A stretch of 64,000 nt of DNA from Lingula anatina (taxonomy: Eukaryota; Animalia; Brachiopoda). Made by a program: the position numbers and the translations under genes. Within the stretch, counting starts at the first letter, position 1. Every line of letters starts with the position of its first letter. Shown here one piece after another: positions 61,801-64,000 of this stretch. The DNA lies in NCBI GenBank assembly GCA_051362555.1, contig CM120640.1, positions 38,230,288 to 38,294,287 on the forward strand, given 5' to 3'. The notes under the pieces are model-generated. The model did no database searches, was not told the DNA's origin, and worked only from the letters and a program-made list of their open reading frames with translations.

Positions 61801-64000
61801 ATTCTCTTCTCAAAGCTCATTTTTGGATCATCTTTAAAGCTAGAATTGGGGGCCTTGATGAAGTGACCCGGGCGCGTTTCCACATTTTTTATGAATGACA
61901 GGTGTGGTAGATTGATTTTCGTCACCTTTTTGGAAAAATCTGAGACGGGTCGATTTTTGGTGATTTTGAGTGATTTTGATCAGTGCCGGCACTGTGAGAT
62001 TTCTTCAATTTTGGCCAGGTAGGGATGAAAAATTTTTTTCTTCGTTATAGTGTCAGGTAGGTGTGTTCGGTCATTTGTAGTAAGGAATAAAGTGCTGGAA
62101 GAGTGGTGGTGTCATCATTAAGGAAGAAATAGAGCAAAAAACTGTGTCTCCCCCCCCCCCCCCTCTCAGATTCTGTTCTCAGAGCTCATTTTTGGATCAT
62201 CTTTAAAGCTAGAATTGGGGGCCTTGATGAAGTGACCCGGCGCGCGTTTCCACATTTTTTATGAATGACAGGTGTGGTAGATTGATTTTCGTCACTTTTG
62301 GAAAAATCTGAGACGGGTCGATTTTGATTTTGAGTGATTTTGATCAGTGCCGGCACTGTGAGATTTCTTCAATTTTGGCCAGGTAAGGATGAAAAATTTT
62401 TTTCTTCGTTATAGTGTCAGGTAGGTGTGTTCGGTCATTTGTAGTAAGAATAAAGTGCTGGAAGAGTGGTGGTGTCATCATTAAGGAAGAAATAGAGCAA
62501 AAACTGTGTCTCCCCCCCCCCCCCCCCCCTCTCAGATTCTGTTCTCAGAGCTCATTTTTGGATCATCTTTAAAGCTAGAATTGGGGGCCTTGATGAAGTG
62601 ACCCGGGCGCGTTTCCCACATATTTTATGAATGACAGGTATGGTAGATTGATTTTCGTCACTTTTTGGAAAAATCTGAGACGGGTCGATTTTTGGTGATT
62701 TTGAGTGATTTTGATCAGTGCCGGCACTGTGAGATTTCTTCAATTTTGGCCAGGTAGGGATGAAAAATTTTTTTCTTCGTTATAGTGTCAGGTAGGTGTG
62801 TTCGGTCATTTGTAGTAAGAATAAAGTGCTGAAGAGTGGTGGTGTCATCATTAAGGAAGAAATAGAGCAAAAACTGTCTCCCCCCCCTCTCAGATTCTGT
62901 TCTCAGAGCTCATTTTTGGATCATCTTTAAGCTAGAATTGGGGGCCTTGATGAAGGTGACCCGGGCGCGTTTCCACATTTTTTATGAATGACAGGTGTGG
63001 TAGATTGATTTTCGTCACTTTTTGGAAAAATCTGAGACGGGTCGATTTTTGGTGATTTTGAGTGATTTTGATCAGTGCCGGCACTGTGAGATTTCTTCAA
63101 TTTTGGCCAGGTAGGGATGAAAAATTTTTTACTTCGTTATAGTGTCAGGTAAGGTGTGTTCGGTCATTTGTAAGTAAGAATAAAGTGCTGGAAGAGTGGT
63201 GGTGTCATCATTAAGGAAGAAATAGAGCAAAAACTGTGTCTCCCCCCCCCCCTCTCAGATTCTGTTCTCAGAGCTCATTTTTGGATCATCTTTAAAGCTA
63301 GAATTGGGGGCCTTGATGAAGTGACCCGGGCGCGTTTCCCACATTTTTTATGAATGACAGGTGTGGTAGATTGATTTTCGTCACTTTTTGAAAATCTGAG
63401 ACGGGTCGATTTTTGGTGATTTTGAGTGATTTTGATCAGTGCCGGCACTGTGAGATATCTTCAATTTTGACCAGGTAGGGATGAAAAATTTTTTTCTTCG
63501 TTATAGTGTCAGGTAGGTGTGTTCGGTTCATTTGTAGTAAGAATAAAGTGCTGGAAGAGTGGTGGTGTCATCATTAAGAAAGAAATAGAGCAAAAACTGT
63601 GTCTCCCCCCCCCTCTCAGATTCTGTTCTCAGAGCTCATTTTTGGATCATCTTTAAAGCTAGAATTGGGGGCCTTGATGAAGTGACCCGGGCGCGTTTCC
63701 ACATTTTTTATGAATGACAGGTGTGGTAGATTGATTTTCGTCGCTTTTTGGAAAAATCTGAGACGGGTCGATTTTTGGTGATTTTGAGTGATTTTGATCA
63801 GTGCCGGCACTGTGAGATTTTCTTCAATTTTGGCCAGGTAGGGATGAAAAATTTTTTCTTCGTTATAGTGTCAGGTAGGTGTGTTCGGTCATTTGTAGTA
63901 AGAATAAAGTGCTGGAAGAGTGGTGGTGTCATCATTAAGGAAGAAATAGAGCAAAAACTGTGTCTCCCCCCCCCCCTCTCAGATTCTGTTCTCAGAGCTC
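28845..64000 (+). repeat. Satellite DNA array, same ~363-bp monomer (right array, ~96 copies, runs off window end)
   Basis: Starts abruptly at ttggccaggtaggg (28845), in the same orientation and with the same consensus as the left array. Monomers differ by only a few SNPs and by poly-C length. Confidence 0.99.

Noticed and set aside
16-63810. About 200 repeated 60-100 aa ORFs (MPALIKITQ..., MSGRCVRSF...)
   Set aside because: They are translations of the satellite, mostly with non-ATG starts. Frames shift with poly-C length, stops occur freely, and no domain is recognisable.

Overview
Eukaryotic (animal-like, AT-rich) heterochromatic window with no intact protein-coding gene that I can support. 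About 70% is one highly homogeneous ~363-bp tandem satellite in two same-orientation arrays (1-~9880, ~27 monomers; 28845-64000, ~96 monomers). Almost all short ORFs in the track are artefacts of this repeat. The arrays enclose a ~19-kb island of decayed mobile DNA: two convergent, pseudogenised DIRS/PAT-like tyrosine-recombinase retrotransposons; a 2,939-bp non-autonomous DNA transposon with 29-bp TIRs and a 9-bp target-site duplication, carrying its own ~200-bp tandem repeat; spliced exons of a decayed DDE transposase (DGRMDSPGH family, probably Kolobok-like); short GGCGGATCC-type MITEs; a Helentron/HINE-like fragment; a 34-bp minisatellite; and a diverged ~184-bp-period relic of the satellite. 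The satellite shows nascent higher-order repeats and edge-specific variants shared on both sides of the island. Family assignments come from motifs recognised by eye, not from database searches. I found no evidence for a novel protein-based system; the most interesting signals are architectural.
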